A DNA stretch of 63,845 nucleotides, filler included, from Licmophora abbreviata (taxonomy: Eukaryota): assembly GCA_900291995.1 (NCBI GenBank). It is 10 parts of 10 records of this genome, joined end to end, with 100 filler letters (N's around TTAATTAATTAA, not from the genome) between each part and the next. Parts side by side here need not be neighbours in the genome. Positions count along the whole stretch, not along the records: positions 32,603 to 40,364 come from OLMU01002618.1; positions 40,465 to 44,839 come from OLMU01002619.1; positions 44,940 to 46,291 come from OLMU01002624.1; positions 46,392 to 50,407 come from OLMU01002626.1; 6 more parts are not named here. One strand, written 5' to 3'. Every line of letters starts with the position of its first letter. Position 1 is the first letter of the stretch. Positions 34,509-46,576 of the stretch are shown one piece after another. A model generated the notes under the pieces. That model made no database searches. It was not told the DNA's origin and saw nothing but the letters and a program-made list of their open reading frames with translations. Made by a program: the position numbers and the translations under genes.

Positions 34509-37500
34509 ATGGTCGACGTTACCAGTTTCCTGACGCGGTGGCTCTATGTGTCGAATCTAGTGCGGGACATCGCGGACATCCAGACTTTACCCTACACGCC
34601 GCTAACTCAGCACCAACATCAACAACTCCAATCAGAACATCCACCAGACTCACATCAGCAACAAGGATATTCAATCCCTATTTCGCCGCCACCACCACCA
34701 CCGGCTCGTCATCCAACTTATCCCGCTCATTCTTCTGTTCCCAGTCAGACGACTGCTAGTCGTCAACAAACAACATCACACGCAACGGCCACCGCTGACA
34801 TGAAGCCGCTACATCGACACCACCTGGAACAAGAGTGGAAGGATCGTTGCTTACGGGGGATATTATCCTACCCACCGGGGACACAGAGATTGTATGCCAT
34901 GGATGCGCTGCGTCTGGAACTCGTGCAGGGACTCGCACACCAACTACGGATATCTGACGAAGCATTGGCACGGTTCGCTCAACTCTGTAAACGACAAGAA
35001 GAGTTGCGGTATATCGAGGAGGAAGGGGATGGGAATGACTTAGATCCATATATCGACGCCGACGTCGAAATTGTTCGTGCATTTGAAAAGGCCACTGCGC
35101 CAAACGAGGAAGCCGAGCGGGACACTGATCAAATTGGCGACAGCGTGGAGCATGAGTCAACAGAAGATGAAGGCGAGGATGCAGTCTTGGTCATTTCCAA
35201 TAACAGCACTGAAGTGATGGTTGACGGCACGTCAGAATCAACGCACGTTGTAGAGGAAGACATTCCGAGCCCCGAGCAAGTGGAAACGGCGCATCGTACG
35301 TCGATGGACGTAAGAGACTATTTGCCGCAGCTTGTGTCGGCCGTGCTGAAGTCGCCGCCCGCGTTTCACCCCGATGTGGTGGATCCAATACGAAAATTGC
35401 GACGTCTTATACTGACGAGATGTTTACAGGATCCAAATTGGGGGATAGAGTTGTGCTGGCTGCTAGAAGCAGACGTCGGACGAGCTTGGAAGACTCTGTT
35501 CGAGCACCGACAACAGACGGGTAAGCGGCTCATCGTTGTCTTGCCTGCTGAAAAGGCTGCAGTTATTGCCAAAATTGGTACCGAGAAGCGTGAAGCATTT
35601 GATTTGCTGCAAGATGCAGAGCAGGCCACTGCGTACGGATACACAATCCCAACCGACAATCACCACCACCACGACAATTTCCATACTAACTACAAACAAG
35701 ACGAGTTTGACCCTGACATGGAGCCGACTCCTCCACGCCTACCATCTAGTCTGAGTGCACGGAGATGTAGCCACTTCGGCGATACCATGCATTTCATCGA
35801 TCGACTTACACAAATTTCAATGGACTTGAGACGAATACCGGACGTGCAGCGAGACGTGAGTATTCTTGTGTTTCACAACAGATCCAACAAAACCCATTGC
35901 TAACCATCGCCATGTAACATCATTTTCGCAGGGTTGGTTGAAAGATTGTCTTTGCGAAATGAATCGTCGTCTGCGAAGACGAATGATGACAAATGGTGAC
36001 GTTAGCCTTGATGTGGAAGACAACAGGGGGCCCCATGACTGGCCGTTGCTATCTGACATTTCGGCGGACATGCTACAGTATTCTGTCCACTTCCCCATGT
36101 TTCCGAAGGTGAGACAAGTTTGCTTCGCGTTACTATTTGTTTTGTCGCTCCCTCACACAATGATGTGCTTGTTTTGTTGAGCAGCGACTTAATTGGCCGA
36201 ATGGAGAGGTCGGCAGCTCTAATGGAGGCATCACGGAACAGACGAAAGGAGGCGTCATGCGAGTACTTAACATTGTCGCATCGGAAAGTAGGATTCTCTC
36301 ATCACGGGACCGTTGTCCGTTCTTGGTCCACTTAGAAGTTTCTGAGACGGGTATGGAAGGCAACGATGCGCGTCTATACGCCTATGGTGCAAGAGGGATT
36401 GGATCCACTTTGAAAGAGAGTATGGGCCTTGGTTCCGACGCACGACGTGATAGAACGGAAGTCGATCGCATTGGCGGACAGCAGCAACTGGGGTCTACTG
36501 CTTATCAGATACCCACAGAGCTATACGCGGAGACCTATGCTGCACGAGTTTGCGTGAAACAGACACTCCCCTGGCGATGAAAAGTCTAAACACAGGCGAC
36601 AATAGAATCGACTTTCTGGGCAATCGACAGAGTAGAGAATCGAATTTGCTGCGTGGAGGGTACCAGTCTGACGAAGGCTTGTATTATCCACCCGATGGTG
36701 CCGAATATCTATACTCGAATCCATACGACATGGTCCGACAGCATGAGTACGAAGAACTCCATCAAGAGCTCCGTCAGGATGCTGGCTTCAACGCCGCGTC
36801 TCTGCCCAACCAACGGTAAGCATATCTTTGTTGCGTGGACGTGTAGCCTCAGGTCTATCAGTAATTGATGCAATCCTCTATTTTCCTCGCTGTACAGACC
36901 GCCAGTTACAACAGGTGAAGCGTTGCTTGAGAAGGTCTTCGGTTTGCCATGGGATGTGAAATGCACGCAGATTCGGCAGACCTCGCCGTTCGGAAAAGTG
37001 AAAGGCTGGCGATTGGCATCATTCATCATGAAAGCAGGGGAAGACATTCGCCGCGAAGCTCTGGTCATGCAGATAATATCGAAAATGAACGAATGGTTCA
37101 AGGCTGACATTCCAGAGTCACACCGGCCGCTCCTGCGTCCGTATACAATCATGTGCGTAGGTGGCGACGCGGGGTTGATAGAATGCCTTGCAGATTCCAA
37201 GAGCGTCGATGAGGTGAAGAAGAAGGCAGATGGCTTCACGACTTTGAGGGATTACTTCGAACGAGCATATGGCCCGCCGAAATCAACTCGGGGTGACAGG
37301 CCCGAGTTTCACAACCCATCGGCTCCGTCTGAAGACACACAAAGGCGCATGTCGTTCGAGCAAGCGCAAGACAACTTTCTTCGATCACTTGTGGGGTACA
37401 GTCTTCTGTGCTATATCCTTCAAATCAAGGATCGTCACAATGCAAACATTCTGCTTGATCGAGATGGTCAGATTGTTCACATCGACTTTGGATATGTTCT

Positions 37501-37897
37501 GGGCGATACCCCCAAGATGGGCAAGGTTCCTTTGTTTAGTGAGAGGGCGCCTTTCAAGCTAAGCGCGGAGTTCTGGGAAGTCCTTGGGGGCTGGAATTTC
37601 AATGAAGGAGGGCTTGGAGTGCGATTCTGCAAAATGTTTGAACGTGCCTTCGAGACTGCTGCTGCTCGCGCAGAAGAGATTGTCAGCTTGACTGAGGCTG
37701 CTATGTTGAATTTGAGTCGAAACCCAGACCATGCTCGTTCGCTCGCGGGGGGCATTCGATCGCGCCTACGCATGCGGGGACCCGCTGGATCTGTGGAACA
37801 GAAGACTTTCGTAATGGATTTGGTCAACGCTGCGCTTACGAGCTGGGGAACGTCGACTTACGACTGGCTCCAAAAGAATATGAACGGCTATCAATAG
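34509..37897 (+). CDS. Phosphatidylinositol 4-kinase type III beta-like, multi-exon
   Basis: DYLPQLV, SRDRCPFLVHLEV, SFIMKAGEDIRRE, YILQIKDRHNANIL, HIDFGY, ERAPFKL; apparent 1-nt frameshift near 36550. Confidence 0.92.
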
Positions 37898-38434
37898 TGC
37901 ATATCCAAAGTATCTCTGCACTCTACGGTGTCACCCGAGACCAGGCTCTTGTCGAGAGCAATAAATTGAGAGAAAGCAAACCAACTCTCTAGGTCGTAGG
38001 TCAATTAGAGTAGCCGCTGCTGATATCTAGTTTAAAGGGTAGAGGCCATCACCGCTTCGATGCGGCGAATGGTCGGCTGCAAAGTAAATTACAACTTCCA
38101 TACTGGGAGATGGATGAATGAATGAATCAGAATCGAATGGACGAGTCTAGAGTCGAATCGAATCGATCGAGTTCCAGCAAAAAGCGCGACGACGCGGCAC
38201 AGTGACGCAGTGATGACGACGGACGACGGCGACCGGACGACCGGCATCATCAAGTGCAGCTTATCGTTCCTTCACTTCGCACTTTGCACAACCCACCACC
38301 ATGGTCACTGCGGTGTACTTGTAGGGTAGTGCGAATAGAATTGAAAGATTGATCATTGAAAGAGTCGCGAAGCTACAAAAGATCAAATTGACTGGCGAGC
38401 GCGACACTACAATCGACTAAAGCTATTTTGCGCC

Positions 38435-39667
38435 ATGAGAGTACCCCGGCGCTCTTTGGACTGCGGCAGTCCTCGACTCAGCCACACGCTTCCAATCATC
38501 GGCTTGGGATGCTCGTCGTTTTCTCATTTCTTTACGACCGACTTGGATACAGCAACTGAAGCAGGCCGCTGGACACCCGAGACGATGGATCGTTCTCACG
38601 AGCGAGTTCAGGAATGGATTCGGACTATTCATCACGCCGTATTCGATTGCGGGATCACTTTGTTGGACACGGCCCCTTGGTACGGTCATGGGACAAGTGA
38701 AGTCGTGATAGGTTGGGCACTCGAGCAAGCAATGGAAGATCCTCAGCTAGGGTTTCGCCGGGAGGATCTCGTCATTAACACCAAGGTGGGACGCTACGAG
38801 GCAGATCCGAACGAGCAGTTTGACTTTTCGAAGCAAGCGACGCTTCGCAGTGTAAAACGTTCTGTGGTGAGAATGAAATGTGAATATATTGATGTGCTCC
38901 AGCTCCATGATCCGGAGTTTGCCCCGTCGTTGGATATCTTGCTCGACGAGACGATTCCTGCCATGATGCAATGCCGCGACGAGGGGCTGTGCCGTGCACT
39001 GGGCATGACTGGCTATCCTTTAGAAGTGCAGCACCAGATCATTCAAGCGACGAACAAGCGATATGGATCGAAGGTTTGGGATCAGACTCTGACCTATGGT
39101 CACTATAATTTACACGATATCAGCCTGACGTCCATGCCAATATCGGGCACGAACTGCAGCGATGACTCGTTTGCCGACTATTGCCGGGGCAACTCCATCG
39201 CCCTTCTTGCGGCCGCACCGCTTTCCATGGGACTTTTGACTCACTCTGGCCCACCGTCGTGGCATCCGGCTTCTCACGAGCTTAAGGAGGCTTGTAGGAA
39301 CGCTGCCATTATCTGTACCGAGCATGCAGTTGATATCTCCACGTTGGCACTCCTCGTGGCACTATCGCAGACCCTGATTCCCTGTACGCTGCTAGGTATG
39401 AAAAACAGAGCCGAAGTTGACGTGGCTGTACAAGTTGCGTCGCGATTCGAGAAGATCGACGAGGCCAAAATGGATGACGAATCGATTTTGAAGCACATTC
39501 TGACCGAGGAAGAGAAGAAGGCAATGCGACTGCTGAAAGATCCCTCCGATGGACCTTTTGCTGCCGTCTGGAAGGATGGATCGTACAAATGGGAAGGTGT
39601 ACAGGAAGCGCTGGACTTCTGGGCCACAGTATATGGAACTAGAATAACAGAATGGCAGAGGCGATAG
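38435..39667 (+). CDS. Aldo-keto reductase, L-galactose/D-arabinose 1-dehydrogenase-like
   Basis: LDTAPWYGHGTSE, INTKVGRY, FDFS, DVLQLHDPEF, ETIPA, GMTGYPL, PLSMGLLT..GPPSWHPA. Confidence 0.85.
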   Translation: MRVPRRSLDCGSPRLSHTLPIIGLGCSSFSHFFTTDLDTATEAGRWTPETMDRSHERVQEWIRTIHHAVFDCGITLLDTAPWYGHGTSEVVIGWALEQAMEDPQLGFRREDLVINTKVGRYEADPNEQFDFSKQATLRSVKRSVVRMKCEYIDVLQLHDPEFAPSLDILLDETIPAMMQCRDEGLCRALGMTGYPLEVQHQIIQATNKRYGSKVWDQTLTYGHYNLHDISLTSMPISGTNCSDDSFADYCRGNSIALLAAAPLSMGLLTHSGPPSWHPASHELKEACRNAAIICTEHAVDISTLALLVALSQTLIPCTLLGMKNRAEVDVAVQVASRFEKIDEAKMDDESILKHILTEEEKKAMRLLKDPSDGPFAAVWKDGSYKWEGVQEALDFWATVYGTRITEWQRR

Positions 39668-39736
39668 CTTTGGTGGTTGGTCTCTCATTGCCTAGCAAGT
39701 GAAGAAGTCGATAACATCACAATCTAATCTTGTTCG

Positions 39737-42285
39737 CTAGTCGACCTCTTCTACACTAGGGCCATCGTCTACACCGTCGACATCCTCTCCCATGAAGTCG
39801 TCGTCCATCACTTCATTTGACTGGTCACCAGCACTCTCGTAAGCCCGTTTCAAAATGGGATTGGCAACTTGCTCAACTTCCTTCTGCTTTCCGTCGTAGT
39901 CATCCTTTTCTGCGGCGGGGTGGTCTTCGAGCCAGATGAGGGCATCTTCCACCGTTGACGAGAGAGTGGATTTATCTCATCGCTGATTTTCCCTTCCAGT
40001 GTGTCGTTGATTGAGTTCTTCAGATTGTAGAGATACGCTTCTAGCTCATTTCGAGCTTGGACCTTGGCTTTCTCAGCTGCGTCCTGCTCCGCGAACTCTT
40101 CAGCTTCGGCGACCATCTTCTCGATCTCCTCGTCGGAGAGACGACCTTTCTCGCTTGTGATCGTGATCGTTTCCGCTTTGCCGGTCCCTCTGTCTGAAGC
40201 GGAAATACTTAGAATACCATTAGCGTCCACGTCGAAGCTCACTTCGATCTGCGGGATACCACGGGGTGCAGGTGGGATACCAGCCAGCTCAAATTGGCCC
40301 AAAAGCCGATTCGACTTGGTCATCGATCGTTCTCCCTCGAAGATCTGAATATTGACGCCTGGCTNNNNNNNNNNNNNNNNNNNNNNNNNNNNNNNNNNNN
40401 NNNNNNNNTTAATTAATTAANNNNNNNNNNNNNNNNNNNNNNNNNNNNNNNNNNNNNNNNNNNNATTGACGCCTGGCTGGTTATCTGCGTAGGTCGAGAA
40501 CACCTGTGACTTCTTTACCGGGATAGTGGTACCACGTTTGACGAGCGGCGTCATCACGCCGCCTGCAGTCTCGATTCCTAGGGTCAAGGGTGAAACATCC
40601 AATAACAAAACATCTTTCGTTGCCTCTGCCGCATCGCCACTCAGAATACCCCCCTGCACCGCAGCGCCGTATGCCTGGTGTGTGATACAGTCGACCAAGG
40701 GATATGTGAGAATAGATCGCACGCGCGAAAACGAAAATCGACCCAAGGTAAGCTTCAGAAAAGAATGTACTAGTCGCATCAAGAGAAACCCCGTTGGTTT
40801 GATCCGGTAACTACTCCGGCCAACGGATCCTCATCAGAAGCCAAGCGTACAAGAATATCGTCACAAGCACGACAGCGATCGCATCTACGCGCTCCAGTCC
40901 ACACTTACAACCGCTTCGTCGGGATTAATGCTCTTGTTGAGCTCCTTTCCATTGAAATAGTCCGTAAGCATAGTCTGAATCTTTGGGATTCGAGTCGACC
41001 CTCCAACTAGGATAATCTGATCAACGTCACTCTTGCTCATCCCGGCATCCTTCAAAACCTGCGTCACGGGAACCATGGTCTTCTTGAATAAATCCAAATT
41101 CAACTCTTCAAACTTGGCTCGAGAAATGACTGTACTAAAGTCCGTACCACCGGAGAGCGCTTCGCAGTCAACCGTCGCCGACTTTTGGGTCGACAACGTT
41201 CGCTTGGCCATTTCGCATTGCTTGCGCAGTCGCTGTACAGCGCGCTTGTCGCCTGCGACATCGATCCCACTCTGTCGCTTGAACGTACTGATACAAAACT
41301 CCATGAGGCGTTGATCAAAATCTTCGCCACCGAGGTGCGTATTTCCAGATGTGGCACGAACTTCAAATACACCATGATCAATACTAAGGAGGGTAACATC
41401 AAACGTACCACCGCCAAGATCAAACACAAGAATGTTCTCTTCGCGATCCTGCTTATCCAGCCCATACGCGATGGCAGCAGCGGTTGGCTCATTAATCACT
41501 CGATCAATCTGCAGACCAGCGATCGTACCTGCGTCCTTGGTAGCCTGTCTCTGAGCGTCGTTGAAATAGGCTGGCACCGTCACGACCGCATGCTTCACCT
41601 CCTGTCCCAGATAGGTTTCCGCGATTTCCTTCATTTTCCTCAAGATCATGCCACTGATCTCTTCCGGTGTGTATGTCGTCTTGCTCTGCTTCTTGGAGAC
41701 TTCATCGTCACCTGTCAGTCCTAAGACAGGCTTTCCAGACTTGTCGCTGAGAAGGGCAAAGGGAAACAGGTTCTTGTCTTTTTGCACAGTGGCATCCTTG
41801 AACTTTCGACCGATCAGACGCTTCACATCAAAGAACGTCCCGGTCGGATTCTGCGCTGCCTGATTTTTGGCAGAGTCCCCAATCAGACGTGTCCCGTCCT
41901 TGGAAAAGGCGACATAGGAAGGAGTGATGCGGTTGCCTTGTTCATTCGGGCAAATGTCCACGCGATCATTTCGCCAGACTGCAACGCAAGAGTACGTCGT
42001 CCCTAGATCAATACCGATACAAGGCCCTTCGATTTTGTTTGGTCCCTTCTTGGCGCCGCCTCGCACTTGCTGGACAGCCGCCATTACGGACGACAATTTC
42101 GGCAGAGTCGCATCGGTACGCGAGGACGTGTCATCGGCCTCACGCCTGAAGGACGCGGGTGACGATGGAAAACCACGACGAGAAGCTGATTTCAGGGATT
42201 TCAAGCCAAACAGGGAGGCATCTACCGGCCCTACTGCGGCCAAGACGGCTGTCGAGACAATCAAAACGCGTCGCATCGCACTCAT
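39737..42285 (-). CDS. HSP70: HSP70 with N-terminal signal/transit-like presequence and C-terminal EEVD
   Basis: [47 protein letters not shown]; one intron (~40676-40908); contigs overlap across the gap; 1-nt frameshift near 39975. Confidence 0.93.
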
Positions 42286-42684
42286 CTCTGTCATTGTCAA
42301 CTGAGTTTCGACGAGATCTCGAAAAGTAGATGGCTTTCGAAGATCTGAGATCTTTTCGCCACGCGGAACGTTTTTGGGCTGCATAATCAATAAACTTCGG
42401 AACCGTTTAGGAGCTATTTATGCCACGTAGACCAATGAATCTTCACAATATCTTTCGATGGACAGTTTGAAATGGCGAGTTGGGTCAGTCAAAAAGGTGA
42501 AGTGTTCTTCAAATCGAAAGTGCAGCTTGTCGGCGTAGAAAAGCGACCCAACGGCGTGATGGCGCGATGAGAGACGACGACACACAAGATCTTGCATCTG
42601 CCTAGACGACGACATCATCACAATATAATCTGAAACACGCTCCAGTGCAAACTAGACTACCAAGTTTCTGTACCGTCGCCCGCC

Positions 42685-44424
42685 ATGAGCCCTGCCAGCA
42701 AGATCAACTGCGTGATTGATCCAGACGTGCTCAACAAGCACACCTTCCCGAAGCTCACGGACATCGGCCTGTCGATCTTTGCCCCACTCTGCGGCAGGAA
42801 CCGAGGCGCCTTTGTCTTGGATCCTCCAGATTTCGGCACGTATAGCTGTGCCTCCTTTCCACGCACCTTCGCTAGCCTAGTCGGAGTCGACTGTCCTTAC
42901 ATTACAGACTCCAACTCGATCAACAAGAAGTTTCTCGACGGCAACATCACGGCTTCGGAAGCTGTGAGTCTCGTCGACTTGTTCGTGCAATCCGTCTACT
43001 CTTCCACCGATGGAGTCGACAAAAACACGAGAGCCTGCGATGCCAATGGTCTGGCCCAACTCACTTGCGAGCAGCCCAAGAAACTCACGTCGCAGACGGT
43101 GCGAGCTGCCACTTTGGCGGGTGTCTTGGCGCCGGCGAAATGGGCTACTGGACACCAGGAGCTCACGCTCGACGAAGCCAAGGACTTCTACTCCGCTAAT
43201 GATTTTTCTGAAATGAAGGAGCTAGGGCTCAATGCAGTCCAGATTCCGGTCTCTATGGTTGTGTTTGGAGCGGCAGGAGACCAGAAGGACTACAAAGAAC
43301 TGCTTGGAGACTTGATCAGCTTGGCGGACGGTGCTGGGCTGAACTCGATTGTCGTGTTGGTGGATGCAAACGACAACGAGACGACCCATACTGAAAATGA
43401 CGACGATGTGAAGGCGGTTGAAGCAGCGGCCTCCTTTGTCCAGAGCTATGCTAGCGTCTTGGCGTTGTCCTTGCCGTCGTCGGGCTTGACGGCGGCGGCT
43501 CGTGAAGCATCCACCACGCTCCCCCTCTTGGTGCCCGTTTCGGAGTTCGATCTACCCTTTCTCACGTCCGATGATCCTCACATCTTTGCTGCGTTCAATA
43601 CGAATCACTTGGCTAGCGTGGGGGACATTGCCTCCTCCAACAGCTTGGACGACCGCATGAAGATGTACTATCATGAGTCGACCGCATGCCAAGGACGCTC
43701 GCCTATCGAGTATGCTGCTTGCGAGCGAGGCGTCCCCGCCTATGTGGTGAATGGGTTCAATATTGCCATTGACGACTGTGTCAACCAGCATGAGCCGGGT
43801 TTCAAGGACTACGGACAGTGCGGTCGCTTCGACGAGCGCATCCACTCCAACTGGTGGCACGATCATCGCAGGTCGTTTGCGGAGCGTCAGCTTGCGTCAT
43901 TTGAAAAGGGAATGGGGTGGTCCTTTGATGCTTGGAAGCTCTACCATCAAGACGACCCGAAGTCTTTTGCTGTGCTGGACGATCATGCCAAATTGTTCGC
44001 TTTGAAGAACGTGGCTGCCGCCGGCCTCTTCCCGTCTCTCACAGATTCCGCCTCTTTGCCAGCTCAGCACGGCTGTCTCAATCCTCCGGCGAACGACTTT
44101 GTTCTAGGAGATGGTACGCTAGCTCCGTCTCTCGCACCTCCACCTGATTGCGGAAACGGTTGGTGGGTTGAAGAAAAGGGCAAATGCGAGTACTGGATTC
44201 CTCCTACACCCTGTCCGACGCAGGCTCCTCTTCCCAAGTGCGGCGAAGGTGCTTGGTGGTCTACCGATGAACAGACCTGTGAATACTGCCCTGCAAGTCT
44301 AAGCAAGACGACTGTCGCATGGGCTGCTACCTCGGGCGCCGTAATTGCCCTTGTTGTGGGCGCTGCTGCGGTCCGCTTTCTCCGACGCGGCCGACGCGAC
44401 GAAGGGTACACCTTGGTTGTCTAG
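42685..44424 (+). CDS. Degenerate GH5 exo-beta-1,3-glucanase-like protein with C-terminal TM helix
   Basis: DFSEMKELGLNAVQIPV and ERQLASFEKGMGWSFDAWK match GH5 exo-glucanase motifs; Cys/Pro-rich stalk; TM; tail GYTLVV; true 5' end uncertain. Confidence 0.65.
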   Translation: MSPASKINCVIDPDVLNKHTFPKLTDIGLSIFAPLCGRNRGAFVLDPPDFGTYSCASFPRTFASLVGVDCPYITDSNSINKKFLDGNITASEAVSLVDLFVQSVYSSTDGVDKNTRACDANGLAQLTCEQPKKLTSQTVRAATLAGVLAPAKWATGHQELTLDEAKDFYSANDFSEMKELGLNAVQIPVSMVVFGAAGDQKDYKELLGDLISLADGAGLNSIVVLVDANDNETTHTENDDDVKAVEAAASFVQSYASVLALSLPSSGLTAAAREASTTLPLLVPVSEFDLPFLTSDDPHIFAAFNTNHLASVGDIASSNSLDDRMKMYYHESTACQGRSPIEYAACERGVPAYVVNGFNIAIDDCVNQHEPGFKDYGQCGRFDERIHSNWWHDHRRSFAERQLASFEKGMGWSFDAWKLYHQDDPKSFAVLDDHAKLFALKNVAAAGLFPSLTDSASLPAQHGCLNPPANDFVLGDGTLAPSLAPPPDCGNGWWVEEKGKCEYWIPPTPCPTQAPLPKCGEGAWWSTDEQTCEYCPASLSKTTVAWAATSGAVIALVVGAAAVRFLRRGRRDEGYTLVV

Positions 44425-45083
44425 ATAGATGGTGATAGCAGCAAGCCCAACCGGTATTGCCGGTAAGAGCTAAGTACTAAGTACGATATATAGAGTAAAT
44501 AATAAAGTGCGCCTCTGCTTTGACTTTGTAAGGTTGATCCGTTCGGAGAGCATTCTAGGAGTGCAGTGCCAGCACCAGATGTTGATGCGTTTGGAGCGTG
44601 ATGATACTCGTACGATGGACCCACAAACAATGAACAATGCCCTTGTTGAGTGAGTCGATGTAGTCATATTGCTAGGGCGCGGCTTCACAACATCGCACAA
44701 CAAAGGTATCATACCAGGTGTCGGTGTTGCGATCTTCATTCCGTCTTTCCGGTTCTTCTTTTGAATACCTTACGGTGCTACATCTTGCGAGCGACGCACT
44801 GATCTGAAAGATCCACATCAGGCCTCGCGACAGCCGTGGNNNNNNNNNNNNNNNNNNNNNNNNNNNNNNNNNNNNNNNNNNNNTTAATTAATTAANNNNN
44901 NNNNNNNNNNNNNNNNNNNNNNNNNNNNNNNNNNNNNNNCACGGCCTCGGCTGCTTGGAGGTCAGCGTCTGTGCCTGATTCGAGTTCCCGATGAGGTGTG
45001 GCTGTGTGTCTGTGTCACCGTCGGTGGCGCGCGCTTTTTGTACGATACTGATAGTGTATTTTGAAGTTGGTTGTCACCCAAGC

Positions 45084-45130
45084 TATGGTTCTGATTCTTG
45101 CAACCCGAGTTCGAATCTCGGACGTGGACC
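45084..45130 (+). other. tRNA-like 3' half (T-arm/B-box; resembles tRNA-Gln(CTG))
   Basis: TTCTGAT loop, TCTTG, CAAC, perfect T-arm CCGAG-TTCGAAT-CTCGG, ending GGACC; no recognisable 5' half. Confidence 0.35.
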
Positions 45131-45772
45131 CCACACACATTGAACATTCATAAGGCACTCCAACGCATTCGCGATCGTCAGTTGCTAACGCTCATTTCGT
45201 GGGGACCCGCCTCGATTGATTCCAATCGTCACTCGTCACGTTGGAAGTTGGAATAATGTAAAATCGTCATCCGATGGCTAGTTTGATGGCTAATTTGATG
45301 GGGTTGTCGTCCGTCCGTGATTCTCGTAGCATCGTGTGAGTATTGCGATGAGATTGGTTTTGACGTGCAGAACGGGGAAAAAATGGTGGTTGACTAGCAA
45401 ACGACAGCGTCTCGGCGTCAATCTCCGCGGGGAAGCGCACTCGTACGTGCGCTCTCGACTGGCATTCTTGTAAACGCCGGCTGGTCGCATCAATCGGGAT
45501 GCTGGAAATGTCGATTTTGAGTGCGTGACTCGTTACGAGCGAGACGTCGTCGATGGTCTATGCCGTTGGCGAGGTGGAAGAGTACATGCAGCAGTCTTCC
45601 TATGCCTAACTAACAGATTTCTCATTTCTAACGTGTTAACGCAAACCAGTATGGTAGAGAGTGGCATTACCGATACTCTCGAGTATATCCTACCCATGGG
45701 GTATCACTGTACTGTCCCCCTGCCGAAAGGACAGCTTTGAAGTATTCTAACAACACTCCAGCTAGTACAGAG

Positions 45773-46291
45773 CTATACTCTTACCCTGTCGCTCAGGAGT
45801 GGAGCGGCCACGGTTATGTTGCTGAGCAACACTGCTGCAAGAGGAGTCTCCGGAAGTGTAGAACCCGCGTCAAATTTTCCTTTCATCCCCGATGGCATGC
45901 TAGGTGACGCCGCATCTCGCAGTACAATGAGCAGAGCAAGTCGTCGAGGGTAAATATTCGACCTGTAGTAACTGGCAATGATTTGTCTTGAAACTCCACA
46001 AGACTGCTCGGTTTGAGAGATTGGGCGCGACCAGGGCATCTGCTCAGACCAGGCGTCAAAAACTCGCTTTGCTTGGTATTCTAGGTCCTGTCCCCCGGGT
46101 TGGAACCGCTCAGCTGGACAAGAAAACACATCGAATCCGGAAAAATCAAGTGACGTGCTATCCATCTCCTCACCGTCGAATAGACCGTCCAGCAAGCTCG
46201 CAGCTGATGCAGGTCGCGCGCTCGGTACGTCGAGCTTCCTTGCTTTCGTCGGGGGACCACCCTTGAAGAGATGCTTTCCAGTCTCCTGGAG
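45773..46291 (-). CDS. Possible 3' part of an unknown protein, cut by gap
   Basis: Open frame from the gap edge to the stop at 45773; no recognisable domain. Confidence 0.3.
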   Translation of the reverse strand, partial: LQETGKHLFKGGPPTKARKLDVPSARPASAASLLDGLFDGEEMDSTSLDFSGFDVFSCPAERFQPGGQDLEYQAKRVFDAWSEQMPWSRPISQTEQSCGVSRQIIASYYRSNIYPRRLALLIVLRDAASPSMPSGMKGKFDAGSTLPETPLAAVLLSNITVAAPLLSDRVRV

Positions 46292-46576
46292 NNNNNNNNN
46301 NNNNNNNNNNNNNNNNNNNNNNNNNNNNNNNNNNNTTAATTAATTAANNNNNNNNNNNNNNNNNNNNNNNNNNNNNNNNNNNNNNNNNNNNAAATTGAAC
46401 ATTGAAACCGCAGATTGGCTGGCCAGTTTGGTGAATGCCGCCGTGCCTGGTGAAACACGACGTATTCGTCTCATACTGCAGTCTACTCTCTGATAAAGTT
46501 CGTACATATACTGTAAAAGCGCTCTAGCTATGCCTACTACCTACACAAGCCATATCGGTACGCCTGAACATTCAAC

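Noticed and set aside
36545..36560. Frameshift in the PI4-kinase gene
   Set aside because: Adding one T to the T-run restores ARVLRETD; the kinase domain is intact, so a sequencing error is likely
39965..39985. Frameshift near the HSP70 3' end
   Set aside because: One added base restores [15 protein letters not shown]; same single-base deletion pattern as the other two
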